Below are positions 1 through 10,215 of a stretch of 26,990 nt of DNA, piece after piece (within the stretch, counting starts at the first letter, position 1; the number at the start of each line of letters is the position of its first letter). Source of the DNA: an uncultured Thermoproteaceae archaeon (GTDB lineage: Archaea > Thermoproteota > Thermoprotei > Thermoproteales > Thermocladiaceae); the NCBI GenBank assembly GCA_964575955.1, contig CAZNTG010000012.1:1-26990 (forward strand). The letters run 5' to 3'. The notes below the pieces were generated by a model, which was given only the letters and a program-made list of their open reading frames with translations, made no database searches and had not been told where the DNA came from. Position numbers and translations under genes: made by a program.

Positions 1-1
1 A

Positions 2-403
2 GAATCAGCATTAACTAGAACATACGAACTTCTAAAGAGAGGACTCTTACCGATATACTCTGTAATGTATATACAGTTTGGAAATTACTACTTAAAGAAG
101 GTTAATACTACAAATATGTTTGAAAATATTGCAATGGCATACACAGATTATATACTTGCAAAACTCCACGATGATATAATAGAATTTCTATACCTATCAA
201 GTACCAACAATATTACAAACATAAAATTCGTTATTAAATTTATAAAAACTCAACAAAATAGACAAACAACACCAGTAACGATTAAGATAGGTGGTGCTAA
301 TATTCAAATTAATCTACCAATAATAGCTCTAAGTGCTGCAGTATTTCTAGCAGGTATATTGCTAGTTGTAGTATTTGTACTACTTGAAAGAAGATCTACA
401 TAA
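2..403 (+). CDS. 3' part of a probable surface/secreted protein with C-terminal membrane anchor (5'-truncated)
   Basis: Frame is open from base 2 (ESALTRTYELL...) to TAA 401-403. It ends in a Thr-rich linker, a hydrophobic helix (LPIIALSAAVFLAGILLVVVFVLL) and an ERRST tail. Confidence 0.6.
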   Translation, partial: ESALTRTYELLKRGLLPIYSVMYIQFGNYYLKKVNTTNMFENIAMAYTDYILAKLHDDIIEFLYLSSTNNITNIKFVIKFIKTQQNRQTTPVTIKIGGANIQINLPIIALSAAVFLAGILLVVVFVLLERRST

Positions 404-404
404 T

Positions 405-1178
405 ATGATTCCTCTAGTAGATGTTCATGCACATTTAGCAAGACCAACACTTCAAAATGTTGTAGATGATATTATTAGAGAGGCTGTTCAAAATAATGTT
501 AAGATAATTGTAGTATCTGTACAAAATGATGTTGAATTAAAGATTGGATTAGAGTTGAAGAGTAGGTATAGTACAATAATATACTTATCAATAGGTCAGG
601 AAATTACAGATTTTACATTAGAAACATATATAAAATTAACACAGAATATTGAAAAACTTGTAAGAGATAGAGTAGTTGTAGCTATTGGAGAAGTTGGATT
701 AGACTATTCTAAAGTTAAGGATAGGATGCTGAAGAATATTTGTAGAACAATATTTGAGAAATGGTTAGAATTATGTAAAAAGTATGAACTACCTGTTATA
801 GTACATTCACATAGAGCTTATAGAGATGTTATAGAGATATTGCAAAGCTTTAATATTAGTAAAGTGATACTCCATGCATATAGTGGTGGTATTGAAATTG
901 CTAAGAAGGCTGTAGATTTAGGATATTACTTCTCAATACCACCATCAATACTACACTCTAAACAGAAACAAAAACTTGTAAGTAATATACCTCTAGAAAA
1001 CATGTTACTTGAAAGTGACACTCCTGAGCTAGGTCCTGAATTTGGTAGTGAGAGTAGACCTGTTCATGTTAAGCTTGTTGTTAAGAAAATTAGTGAGATT
1101 AAGAATGTTAGTGAGGATGAGGTTTCTCTTATAACTACTAGAAATTTTGAGAAGTTGTTTAATATTAAAGTTCTATAA
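405..1178 (+). CDS. tatD: TatD family metal-dependent hydrolase/DNase
   Basis: Motifs DVHAH, AIGEVGLD, LPVIVHS, VILHAYSG, LLESDTP. ATG at 405 directly follows the upstream stop. Confidence 0.92.
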   Translation: MIPLVDVHAHLARPTLQNVVDDIIREAVQNNVKIIVVSVQNDVELKIGLELKSRYSTIIYLSIGQEITDFTLETYIKLTQNIEKLVRDRVVVAIGEVGLDYSKVKDRMLKNICRTIFEKWLELCKKYELPVIVHSHRAYRDVIEILQSFNISKVILHAYSGGIEIAKKAVDLGYYFSIPPSILHSKQKQKLVSNIPLENMLLESDTPELGPEFGSESRPVHVKLVVKKISEIKNVSEDEVSLITTRNFEKLFNIKVL

Positions 1179-1181
1179 TAT

Positions 1182-2336
1182 TCACTCACTTTCATATCTT
1201 GGACTTGTACCTCTCCTCTTTTTCAGTCTCTTATGCTTTCTCAACACGTTTCTAAATAGTAGATTTAGAGCATCTCTAACAGCCTTTATTGGATCCCACT
1301 CTATTACAGATACAACATACTCATCATACGGATCTTTCAGTTTTACATGTATCGAATATTTACACCTCTTCTCATCCTTATCGCTTTCAGAACATTCATA
1401 GACTTTTAAACTAAGTCGAATATCTATGATGTCTGTTAATCTACTAAGCTTACCGTAGTAGTGTGATATTATCTTTTCAAGAAGTTTCCACTTATCTTCA
1501 GGTAGTTCAATCTCAATCTTTGCAGGTATTGGTATTACAACTTTCTCACCAAGTATATACCTCTTAATTATGTCAAGTCCAGAAAATACACCATACACCT
1601 GACCATTCTTCATTATTGGTAATCCAGATATTCCACGATCAATCAATTTCTTAACAACTGATCTAACGTCTTCATCATAGTTAGCAGTCACTACAGGATA
1701 TGTCATTATTGCCTTTACAGGTGCTGCTAATATCTCATCTTCAGAACCTACAACTTCACCGTAAGACTGTCTTTCAGGTATTGATGCATAGTATAGTTTT
1801 TCAACAATATCTCTCATAGTTACAATACCTACAAGTTTACCTTCATCAAGAATAGGCATTCTAGAGATACCTCTTCTAACCATCTCCCACTTAACTTTAG
1901 CTACAGGATCCTCAACATTTGCTGTTATTGCTGGAATTGATGCAAATCTCTCAACTGGTTCAGATTTTACATAACCCTCATCTAGTAGATATTTTGCAAA
2001 TACTTCTCTCCTAATAACACCAATAACCTTACCATCTCTATCAACTACAGGTATATCTCTAACTCTGAGTGTGTAAAATCTGTGAGCTATAGTCTTAACA
2101 TCACTATCAATAGATACCTTATGTGCACCAGTCATTACAGACTTTACCTTAGATGTTAGACTAACTCTACGCTCAAGAAGATCCTTATATATTACAGTTC
2201 CTATAAGTCTATCAGAATCGTCAACAACAGGTACTGTATATATTCTAAACTTTCTAACAAGCTCAACAACCTTACTAATCCTATCATTAATCTTAACTTT
2301 TGGAAATTCAACATCTACTAACTCTTCTGGAAGCAC
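1182..2336 (-). CDS. Four-CBS-domain protein with C-terminal HPF/RaiA-like domain; candidate ribosome hibernation factor
   Basis: Four CBS motifs (VPVVD..LIG, IPVVD..GKVIG, MPILDEGKLVGIVT, LPIMKNGQVYG). The ~115-aa C-terminus has a beta-alpha-beta-beta-beta-alpha pattern (WDPIKAVRDALNLL) and a basic tail. GTG start at 2336 inferred. Confidence 0.75.
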   Translation of the reverse strand: MLPEELVDVEFPKVKINDRISKVVELVRKFRIYTVPVVDDSDRLIGTVIYKDLLERRVSLTSKVKSVMTGAHKVSIDSDVKTIAHRFYTLRVRDIPVVDRDGKVIGVIRREVFAKYLLDEGYVKSEPVERFASIPAITANVEDPVAKVKWEMVRRGISRMPILDEGKLVGIVTMRDIVEKLYYASIPERQSYGEVVGSEDEILAAPVKAIMTYPVVTANYDEDVRSVVKKLIDRGISGLPIMKNGQVYGVFSGLDIIKRYILGEKVVIPIPAKIEIELPEDKWKLLEKIISHYYGKLSRLTDIIDIRLSLKVYECSESDKDEKRCKYSIHVKLKDPYDEYVVSVIEWDPIKAVRDALNLLFRNVLRKHKRLKKRRGTSPRYESE

Positions 2337-2396
2337 AATTAGATATGTGTGAAGATAATATTTTAGTGTTTGGTTAAAGAGAAGTCTGCAATCTAC

Positions 2397-2870
2397 ATGA
2401 GAGAAATATTTAAACATCTGACAGTTGTACTACATAATGTCACTAGTGTACATAGAGTAATTGAGATAGTTAGACTATGTATAGCTTTCTCATGTCCAAA
2501 CATGGTAATTATAAGACCAACAGGAGCGGCAGCACAACAAGGAATACCAGAAGCATTTAAGATAGCTATAAAGGAAAATCTAAACATATCAATACTATCT
2601 GAATTGAAGGATCTTAAAGAAGTTCTAAACATATCAAAAATATACTTCTTAACAACTAGTGAAGGTGAAGAACTTGAAAAACATATAAAAGACATGGTTA
2701 GAGAATTGAAAAATGGTGAAAAGATAGCACTTGTAGTACACGGTCAAGATCTACCATTTCTACCTAGAGAAATTCAGCTTGGAATACCAATAAAGATATT
2801 TAACAAATTAGCACCAGCAACATCACTACTATCAATAGTCTTGTGGGAATTATGTAAAGAGTCTACATAA
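2397..2870 (+). CDS. DUF2122/COG4080 family SPOUT (SpoU-like) putative RNA methyltransferase
   Basis: VVLHNVTS..R and GAAAQQGIPEAFK motifs typical of this archaeal family. Confidence 0.7.
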   Translation: MREIFKHLTVVLHNVTSVHRVIEIVRLCIAFSCPNMVIIRPTGAAAQQGIPEAFKIAIKENLNISILSELKDLKEVLNISKIYFLTTSEGEELEKHIKDMVRELKNGEKIALVVHGQDLPFLPREIQLGIPIKIFNKLAPATSLLSIVLWELCKEST

Positions 2871-3674
2871 AACATCATTAACATAATTACAAAGTTCTAA
2901 CAATATCCTATACGCTCTATCAGGATCGTAATCTCTACGTATAGTCGATATATATCTAGCATTTAGACCTGAAATAACAATACTCTCATCAACATATAGT
3001 GAATATACATCAAGATTTTCATTAGGCTTTATAGTTAGATAACCATGAATCCAAAAATATTCTAAACCTCTAGGATCAACTCTACGAACTATGTAATGTG
3101 TAAATTTTATTTCAGAAATATCACATACTTTAGCTTTAGTATTTCTAGTAATTCTATGTGGAAGATTTATAGATATTACATCTATTGGTTTTAAACTACC
3201 TCTCCTATCTATAACAAACCTACAGATCTCACTTATAATTGTTATAAGTTTATCATCTCTAAAATTAACATTATCTTTAAACAATATTGAGAATGATATT
3301 CCAGGAATATTCTTAACAATTGAAGCATATATACATGGAGATATTGTTCCAGATGCAAGTACTGCTTGAAGACCTGTATTATCACCAATATTTACACCAC
3401 TAATAACAATGTCAAAATCTCCCAATGTTGAAAATGCATATATAACAGCATCGCAAGGTCTTCCAGATATTACATACATGTCTATACCATCAATACATGT
3501 TTTCCATACACGAATTGGCTTATGAAGAGTTATTCCAAGACTACCTGCTGATTGTGGCTTTTCAGGAACTACAACACATATATCCAAACCTTCAATTCTA
3601 GATAATGCAGAGTATAGCAATCTCAATCCGGGACTTAGAAAACCATCATCATTAGTTACTAACACTTTAACCAT
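2850..3674 (-). CDS. surE: 5'/3'-nucleotidase SurE
   Basis: VLVTNDDG, ISGVNIGDNTG and SGT motifs. Confidence 0.95.
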   Translation of the reverse strand: MVKVLVTNDDGFLSPGLRLLYSALSRIEGLDICVVVPEKPQSAGSLGITLHKPIRVWKTCIDGIDMYVISGRPCDAVIYAFSTLGDFDIVISGVNIGDNTGLQAVLASGTISPCIYASIVKNIPGISFSILFKDNVNFRDDKLITIISEICRFVIDRRGSLKPIDVISINLPHRITRNTKAKVCDISEIKFTHYIVRRVDPRGLEYFWIHGYLTIKPNENLDVYSLYVDESIVISGLNARYISTIRRDYDPDRAYRILLELCNYVNDVLCRLFT

Positions 3675-3726
3675 ATATCCTCAATATAGAGAACGTAATA
3701 TAAAGGAGATCCAAAATAACATAATT

Positions 3727-4236
3727 GTGACACCTGAAGAGAAGAAAGTAAAAGGTGAGGAAGAAGAAGTCATAGAAGTACCTCTAAGACCAGTATCTAG
3801 AGAAGATATTAGAAGATTAGAGACAGCACTACTAATAGCATCACTATTCACTCCAGAAGTTATAGAATTATTGAAAAGTGGTGAAAGATTAACATGGATT
3901 GATAGTCTAGCAACAGCTGCAGGAGCACTTGCAAGAGAGAAAGCTGGAATGACTCTTAGAGAGATTGCGGAAGAGCTAGGTAAGACAGAGGCAACAATTA
4001 GAAAACATCTAAAAGGTGAGACAAAGGCAGGACAGATAGTATTAAAGACATATGAGAAATTTATGAAAGAGGGCGTCAAGATTGAAATACCATTTCCAGG
4101 AACTGTAGAAACTCCAGAAGTTGAAAAGCTTAGAAAAGAGATTGAAGAATTGAAGAAGCAGATTGAAGAATGTAGAACACAACTATCTAAATGTAGTGAA
4201 AAGATTGAAAATATTAAGAAGATAGTGCTAGAATAG
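3727..4236 (+). CDS. Archaeal HTH transcriptional regulator (COG1318-like) with C-terminal coiled coil
   Basis: ERLTWIDSLATAAGALAREKAG, HTH IAEELGKTEATIRKHLKGETKAG. GTG start. Confidence 0.8.
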   Translation: MTPEEKKVKGEEEEVIEVPLRPVSREDIRRLETALLIASLFTPEVIELLKSGERLTWIDSLATAAGALAREKAGMTLREIAEELGKTEATIRKHLKGETKAGQIVLKTYEKFMKEGVKIEIPFPGTVETPEVEKLRKEIEELKKQIEECRTQLSKCSEKIENIKKIVLE

Positions 4237-4238
4237 TA

Positions 4239-5297
4239 CTATTCTGATATCTTCTCTAATATCTTATCAATATTTATACATTTAGAAACCTTATCTACAA
4301 TAATGTCAATCCTCTTATCACCAATCCTAACCTTACCACTAGCCTGTAATATCTTTGAAACTGTTGTATATGTATCATAGTTTACGAGAATTATAGGTAC
4401 ACCCCTCTCCTCAGCTCTAGCAATAACTCTCGGACTAGGCATAATACCACCTGTAAGTATTATAGCTCTAGTATCTGTCTCAAGAGCTAGCATTATAATA
4501 TCAGCTCTATCACCACCAGTAATCACAATCTTGTTCGGTGTTGATCTCATATATCTAAGAGCTGCATCAGGAGTCATAGCACCAACAAGAACATGTTCAT
4601 AAGTTGTGTCTAGCTTATCTTCATTAACTAGAACCTTACCTTGAAGCTCATCAACAAGCTCTCTAATACTTGGATTTAGTAAATTCAAATCTTCATCAAC
4701 AATACCTAAAACATCTACATTCTCACTAGCTAAAATTCTACACCACTCATCAACAATAGACTTAATCCAAGGTCTAACACAGTTAAATACTACTCCAAGA
4801 ATGTCAATACCCCTACTTTTAGCAAGTTCAATACCTGCTAATATATCTCCAATATTATCTTCAGATGTTGGTTTTGAAACAATTAGAACTTTACAATTAA
4901 GTTCTTTAACTATGTCAAGTTCTAAAACTTTTCCAAGAATTTTATGTGTTAATGATTTATAACCAACACCAACGACAATATCATACTTACTCTTTAGATA
5001 ATTCCACCTATCTTTAATAGTTTTTAAAAGCTCTTCACTCTTAATCTTAGTTAAAAATTCTAGATATCTACTAGAACCTTCAACTCTAATAGGACATACA
5101 TCTGATATATTTTCAACACATTTAGAAACTTGTAAAAGTACTTCTACAGTCTCATCTCTAACACCACCAAAATTGAACATGAATGGTTTAAATGGAACTA
5201 CTTTCAAACCCTTCTTAACAAGTTGAGATATTAATGCTATTGCTATTGTAGTCTTTCCAGAAGCTCTCTCTGTAGATGCTATGTAGATTGGTCTCAT
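4239..5297 (-). CDS. Phosphotransacetylase N-terminal-like protein (BioD-like AAA_26 + DRTGG domain)
   Basis: SGKTTIA P-loop, VGAM, ITGGDRADI, IILTGG. One-base TAATG overlap with the upstream acyl-CoA synthetase. Confidence 0.88.
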   Translation of the reverse strand: MRPIYIASTERASGKTTIAIALISQLVKKGLKVVPFKPFMFNFGGVRDETVEVLLQVSKCVENISDVCPIRVEGSSRYLEFLTKIKSEELLKTIKDRWNYLKSKYDIVVGVGYKSLTHKILGKVLELDIVKELNCKVLIVSKPTSEDNIGDILAGIELAKSRGIDILGVVFNCVRPWIKSIVDEWCRILASENVDVLGIVDEDLNLLNPSIRELVDELQGKVLVNEDKLDTTYEHVLVGAMTPDAALRYMRSTPNKIVITGGDRADIIMLALETDTRAIILTGGIMPSPRVIARAEERGVPIILVNYDTYTTVSKILQASGKVRIGDKRIDIIVDKVSKCINIDKILEKISE

Positions 5298-7417
5298 TAT
5301 CTCACCACTACCTTAACATCTATTGCATACACATCATTATGTGTTACTAGTAGTGGATTTATGTCAAATTCAACAATATCATCAACAGCATATGCAAGTG
5401 ATGAAACTTTAAGAATTGTATCAACTATCAATTCAACATTTACAGGTCTACTACCTCTATAACCCATCAATATCTTACCAATCTTAGTATCATAAATCAT
5501 GTCTAAAGCTTCAAGTCTAGTGATTGGGACTACTCTCATAGATACATCTTTAAACAGTTCAACATATATACCACCCATACCAAACAACACTACAGGACCA
5601 AACTGTGGATCACGTGTAAATCCTATGATAGTCTCATACATTCCACGAATCATTCTAGATACATGTATACCGAAAATCTTTGCATGTGGTGCAAATATGC
5701 GAACTCTCTCCATAATATCTCTAAAAGCTCTTCTAACCTCATCTTCACTAGATATATTCAACTTTACACAACCAATATCACTCTTATGAATTATATCTGG
5801 AGATACTACTCTAAGAACAACAGGATAGCCAATCTTCTCAGCAATCTGTACAGCCTCATCTTCACTCTTAGCAAGACCTCCTGGTGGTACTTTAATACCA
5901 ATACTTGAGACTAACTCTAAAGCTTCATCTAGAGTAAGTACTCTCCTACCTTCATTCCTAACTTTCTCAATAATATTTTTAACATATTTAACATCTATTG
6001 AATATAGTTCAATCTTCTCACTAGCATATTCTAAAACCTTAAATCTAAGTTTAAACCATTTATCTAGTATTGATATAGATTCTACAGCATCTTCAATACT
6101 TGTAAATACAGGAACTCTACTACTTATCAACATCTTTATAGCATCTTCAAAACTTTCACCACCTAGAAAAGATACTACAACAATCTTATTTCTAAACTTC
6201 TCAACAATATTAACAATCTTCTCAGCAAGTTCTCTAGGTCTAGTTGTTGCTTGTGGTGTAGCTATTATAAGCACCGTATTGATATTTGGATCTTTAAGAA
6301 CTATATCTAGAACATTTACATACCTTTCAGGATCTGCATCACCAAGAACATCGATAGGATTGTGAAGTGCAGCTGCTGGAGGTAGAACTTTTCTCAAATT
6401 TTCAACAAGTTCATAACTTAATGATGCAAGTTCAATACCACACTTCTCACATGTATCTGTAGCAATTATTCCAGGACCTCCAGCATTTGTAACAATTACT
6501 AATCTAGGCTTATCAATCTTCGAAGGATCATCATATCTAGATACTAGTTTTATAAATGAGAATAGTTCTCTAAGAGAACTTACCTGAACAACACCAGCCT
6601 GTTGAAAAGCTACTTCATAAATCTTAGCACTACCTGCAAGTGAGCCGGTGTGTGATGATACTGCTCTAGCACCTCTCTCAGTAACTCCAGCCTTAATAGC
6701 AACAATAATCTTATCTTTAACAACTTCTCTACACTTATTAATAAATTCTCTACCTCTATCAATAGATTCTACATACATCAAAACTATTCTAGTAGTCTCA
6801 TCTCTCGAAAGTACATCTAGAAGATCTGTCTCATCAATATCAGACTTATTACCTAGTGAGAAGATTTTATTAAAACCAATATTAAACATCTTTGCAAGAT
6901 CTATAACTGCTGTAATTACAGCACCACTCTGAGATATGAATGATATTGATCCATATCTTGGAGTTGTACTTGAAAATGTTGCATTAAGACCAACATTGAG
7001 ATTCATTATACCAAGACAGTTAGGACCAATAATACGTGAGCCATATCTTCTAGCAATATTTACAATCTCTCTCTCAAGTTTAGCACCTTCAGGACCTGTC
7101 TCTCTAAAACCTGCAGATATTATAACTATGATAGGTACACCCTTCTCACCACACTCTTCAACAACTTTAGGAACAGATCTTGCAGGTATTGCAATTATAG
7201 CAATATCTGGAACTTCAGGAACTTCAAGAATATTTGAATAACATTTCAATCCAAGTATCTCATCAGCATGAGGATTTATAGGATATACACTACCTCTAAA
7301 ACCAGAATCTAAAATATTTCTCAAAATTACATGACCAACCTTCCTAGGATCTCTAGATGCTCCAATAACAGCTACAGATCTAGGTCTAAGTATTGCATCA
7401 ATAATCTTCTCACTCAC
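5297..7417 (-). CDS. acdAB: Acetate/acyl-CoA ligase (ADP-forming), fused alpha-beta subunits
   Basis: AVIGAS CoA-binding fold, IIGPNCLG, SQSGA, phospho-His SHTGSLAG, NAGGPG, C-terminal ATP-grasp (HKSDIG, DPQFGP, DINPL). Confidence 0.92.
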   Translation of the reverse strand: MSEKIIDAILRPRSVAVIGASRDPRKVGHVILRNILDSGFRGSVYPINPHADEILGLKCYSNILEVPEVPDIAIIAIPARSVPKVVEECGEKGVPIIVIISAGFRETGPEGAKLEREIVNIARRYGSRIIGPNCLGIMNLNVGLNATFSSTTPRYGSISFISQSGAVITAVIDLAKMFNIGFNKIFSLGNKSDIDETDLLDVLSRDETTRIVLMYVESIDRGREFINKCREVVKDKIIVAIKAGVTERGARAVSSHTGSLAGSAKIYEVAFQQAGVVQVSSLRELFSFIKLVSRYDDPSKIDKPRLVIVTNAGGPGIIATDTCEKCGIELASLSYELVENLRKVLPPAAALHNPIDVLGDADPERYVNVLDIVLKDPNINTVLIIATPQATTRPRELAEKIVNIVEKFRNKIVVVSFLGGESFEDAIKMLISSRVPVFTSIEDAVESISILDKWFKLRFKVLEYASEKIELYSIDVKYVKNIIEKVRNEGRRVLTLDEALELVSSIGIKVPPGGLAKSEDEAVQIAEKIGYPVVLRVVSPDIIHKSDIGCVKLNISSEDEVRRAFRDIMERVRIFAPHAKIFGIHVSRMIRGMYETIIGFTRDPQFGPVVLFGMGGIYVELFKDVSMRVVPITRLEALDMIYDTKIGKILMGYRGSRPVNVELIVDTILKVSSLAYAVDDIVEFDINPLLVTHNDVYAIDVKVVVR

Positions 7418-7525
7418 GTACTACCAAGATTAGACTATAGAACATATTCAAATACGTTTACTCAAGTGCACACTATGCAGTAGATAGTACATACAAGTTA
7501 AATATAGAGAAAATAGAAGAGAATA

Positions 7526-8491
7526 ATGATAAGTAAAGCACCACTAGTAGTTAAACTATGTGGAGAACATGCAGTAGTCTATGGATATAGAGCAATATCA
7601 TGTGCAATAGATAGATACGTATATACTAAAATTGAAAATATAGATGAGGATAAGATTATACTAAAATTTAGAAATATTGAAGAAGAGTATGATAATAAAA
7701 TTGAGGGATTTTTCAAATATGTAAAATACTGTATAAAGATATTTGAAGAAGAAATTCTTGGAAAAAAGATTAGAAGATTGAAAATAATTACAGAAATAGA
7801 TAGAGATGTAGAACCAGGATCAGGACTTGGAACATCAGCAGCAACAATATCATCAACAATATCAGCATTATGTAAATACTACAACATTAAGCTAGATAGG
7901 AAATATATTGCAGAACTATCATTCAAAATTGAGAAAGGTGTACAGGGTAGAGCTAGTAGAATGGATACATATACATCAACATTAGGAGGAATACTATTAA
8001 TAAAATCTGAAAGTATAGAAAAAATTAACGTAGATATAGACTGGTTAAAGATGAGTATAGTATTGATTAGAAAGTTAAAATCTACAAAAGAGCTCGTAGA
8101 TAGAGTAGCAAAACTATATGAAAAATATAGAAGCTTAATATCTAAGATATTTGAAGCAATAGACATGTGTAGTGAAGAAATTATTAAAGGACTATACATG
8201 AGAGATGAAGAATATCTAGGAAAAGTTATAACTACATGTCACTGGTTATTAAATTGTCTAGATGTTGTAGATGATAGAACTAATAAAATTGTTATAGAAC
8301 TATTAAATACTGGATATTTTACAGGAGCTAAGATTAGTGGAGCTGGATATGGTGGTGCAATACTAGCCATATTAAAGAGAGGTGTAGACACTATAGTTCT
8401 AGAAAATCTTAAGGTGAAGCACAATAGTAACGCATTTAAGATTCTCCACACCGTGCGTATTAGTGACGGGGGAATCGAAATATACGAGTGA
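7526..8491 (+). CDS. mvk: Mevalonate kinase (GHMP kinase)
   Basis: GEHAVVYG, PGSGLGTSAA, GAKISGAGYGG. Confidence 0.9.
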   Translation: MISKAPLVVKLCGEHAVVYGYRAISCAIDRYVYTKIENIDEDKIILKFRNIEEEYDNKIEGFFKYVKYCIKIFEEEILGKKIRRLKIITEIDRDVEPGSGLGTSAATISSTISALCKYYNIKLDRKYIAELSFKIEKGVQGRASRMDTYTSTLGGILLIKSESIEKINVDIDWLKMSIVLIRKLKSTKELVDRVAKLYEKYRSLISKIFEAIDMCSEEIIKGLYMRDEEYLGKVITTCHWLLNCLDVVDDRTNKIVIELLNTGYFTGAKISGAGYGGAILAILKRGVDTIVLENLKVKHNSNAFKILHTVRISDGGIEIYE

Positions 8492-8711
8492 GGATATTAA
8501 GAAGATAATTGAAGATGCAAAAAGTACAATATCGGAATTACGTGAAAAACTTACAAAAAAGACATTCATAAAAGCAATTGGAGGTAGAAGATTAGCAGAA
8601 AAACTTACACTACTTCTAGATTTAACAGAGCTCGCAATTGATGAATATGGTGTAGACCTAGCTAAGAAGTATTTAGAAAAGAAGAAGGGAGTACCCTTTC
8701 GAGAGGAGTGA
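8463..8711 (+). CDS. Small helical hypothetical protein
   Basis: 82-aa ORF overlapping the mvk end, with host-like codon usage. Confidence 0.6.
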   Translation: MTGESKYTSEDIKKIIEDAKSTISELREKLTKKTFIKAIGGRRLAEKLTLLLDLTELAIDEYGVDLAKKYLEKKKGVPFREE

Positions 8712-8784
8712 AAATCCAATTCAGAAACTTCTACTAGACATACACAGTATTGAGATTGAGATTAGACAAATATTGACAATATTG

Positions 8785-9012
8785 ATGAACATAGTAGTAT
8801 ATAAGAGAAGGAGAGAATTATTAGAAGTATATTCAACACTTCCAGAAGAATTAAGAAAGATAATACTAGACTATGTTAGAGAGATAGAGCTTGGAAATCT
8901 ATCTAAAGCTGAGGAAGTTATTAGAAGAAGTGTTTCAGAAATATTTAATAGAGTATATAGCAATATCAAGAACATAGTTAGCAAGTACACACTTGTTGAG
9001 AAATGTATCTAA
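8785..9012 (+). CDS. Small hypothetical protein
   Basis: Amphipathic helical ORF; ATG 8785 (alternative TTG 8773). Confidence 0.55.
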   Translation: MNIVVYKRRRELLEVYSTLPEELRKIILDYVREIELGNLSKAEEVIRRSVSEIFNRVYSNIKNIVSKYTLVEKCI

Positions 9013-9056
9013 ACTAAACGATATACGTATATACCTAAGATGTTGTTAGATACGTA

Positions 9057-9560
9057 ATGGTATTTGAAAAATTTGGAAAAAAGAGAGAGGAGAAGAGACC
9101 TCAGACTCAACCACCAATAATACACATGTACCACATGTATCAACAGGCAATAGATGAAGTAAGAAACTTCCTAGCAAGAGTTGTAGACATGTTAACAAAG
9201 ATTGAACAGACAATACAGGAACTTACAGATAGAGTTGATAGACTTGAAAAAGCGATAGAAGGATACTACATAGTACAGATTAGTCATATACCAGCAACAC
9301 TTCAAGATCTTGTAAAGATGTTAAATCTTAAAGGTGCAGTAGTGTTGAAGAATAATAGTGAAGTAGATAGATTTGGAAATGTAACGATAGATCCTAGAGA
9401 GATACTAACATTAAATTTTAACAATATACTACACGTAGATAGAGATAGAACTCACATATATGCTATAAGAAGTTCAAATAAGATTATAATAGTAGAGTCT
9501 GAAAGAACATTAGATTACTGTACTCTAGGTATAATTAAGAGATTTTTAGACTTCTTCTAA
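9057..9560 (+). CDS. Hypothetical protein: N-terminal coiled coil plus possible roadblock/longin-like alpha-beta domain
   Basis: Heptad segment (LTKIEQTIQELTDRVDRLEKAIE) followed by a helix-2 strands-helix-3 strands-helix pattern. Fold is an inference. Confidence 0.6.
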   Translation: MVFEKFGKKREEKRPQTQPPIIHMYHMYQQAIDEVRNFLARVVDMLTKIEQTIQELTDRVDRLEKAIEGYYIVQISHIPATLQDLVKMLNLKGAVVLKNNSEVDRFGNVTIDPREILTLNFNNILHVDRDRTHIYAIRSSNKIIIVESERTLDYCTLGIIKRFLDFF

Positions 9561-10215
9561 TTATTGAAGATCTAACTCTATATTTAACACGTCTAACATA
9601 CTTTTCAGACTTAGGTTCTACAAATCCATTAACAATACTCTTAATTACTGACTCAACATCAATATTGTCACATCTAATAAATGTGTAGCACATAGCCATG
9701 CTAGATACATGATGTGCATCACTATTACCAATACATGAGACTTTCATTCTTCTACATATTGAATATGTTATCTCATTTACTAGAGGTATAATAACACCAC
9801 CATTATAAACTTCAACAACTTTCCAATCATATTTAAATAGATTTATAAGACCAATACCATGTCTAAATATGTCTAATGGATGTGCAGGTACTAGAATACA
9901 GTCTCTCTCACTAGCCCAATCAGATAGCTCATATATATCTCTAGGTGCATGATCTACCTCTGGAATTTCAGGACAGTATACTAGTATATCTCCAATATTA
10001 GTTCTAATTTCAGCACCTGGAATTATCAATACATTAAAATTTCTCTCTTTAACAATTTTCATAGCTTCTCTACTACCTTTAAATGTGTTGTGGTCTGTTA
10101 TTGATATAATTTTAATACCTTTAAACTCAGCCATCTCTAAATATTCTAGTGGTGTACTAACACCATCACTATACACTGTGTGTAGATGTAGATCTGCCTT
10201 TACAACGTTCTTCAT
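9535..10215 (-). CDS. PHP-domain metal-dependent phosphoesterase
   Basis: DLHLHTVYSDG, ITDHN, GAEI, AHP, GNSDAH. Confidence 0.92.
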   Translation of the reverse strand: MKNVVKADLHLHTVYSDGVSTPLEYLEMAEFKGIKIISITDHNTFKGSREAMKIVKERNFNVLIIPGAEIRTNIGDILVYCPEIPEVDHAPRDIYELSDWASERDCILVPAHPLDIFRHGIGLINLFKYDWKVVEVYNGGVIIPLVNEITYSICRRMKVSCIGNSDAHHVSSMAMCYTFIRCDNIDVESVIKSIVNGFVEPKSEKYVRRVKYRVRSSIIRRSLKIS

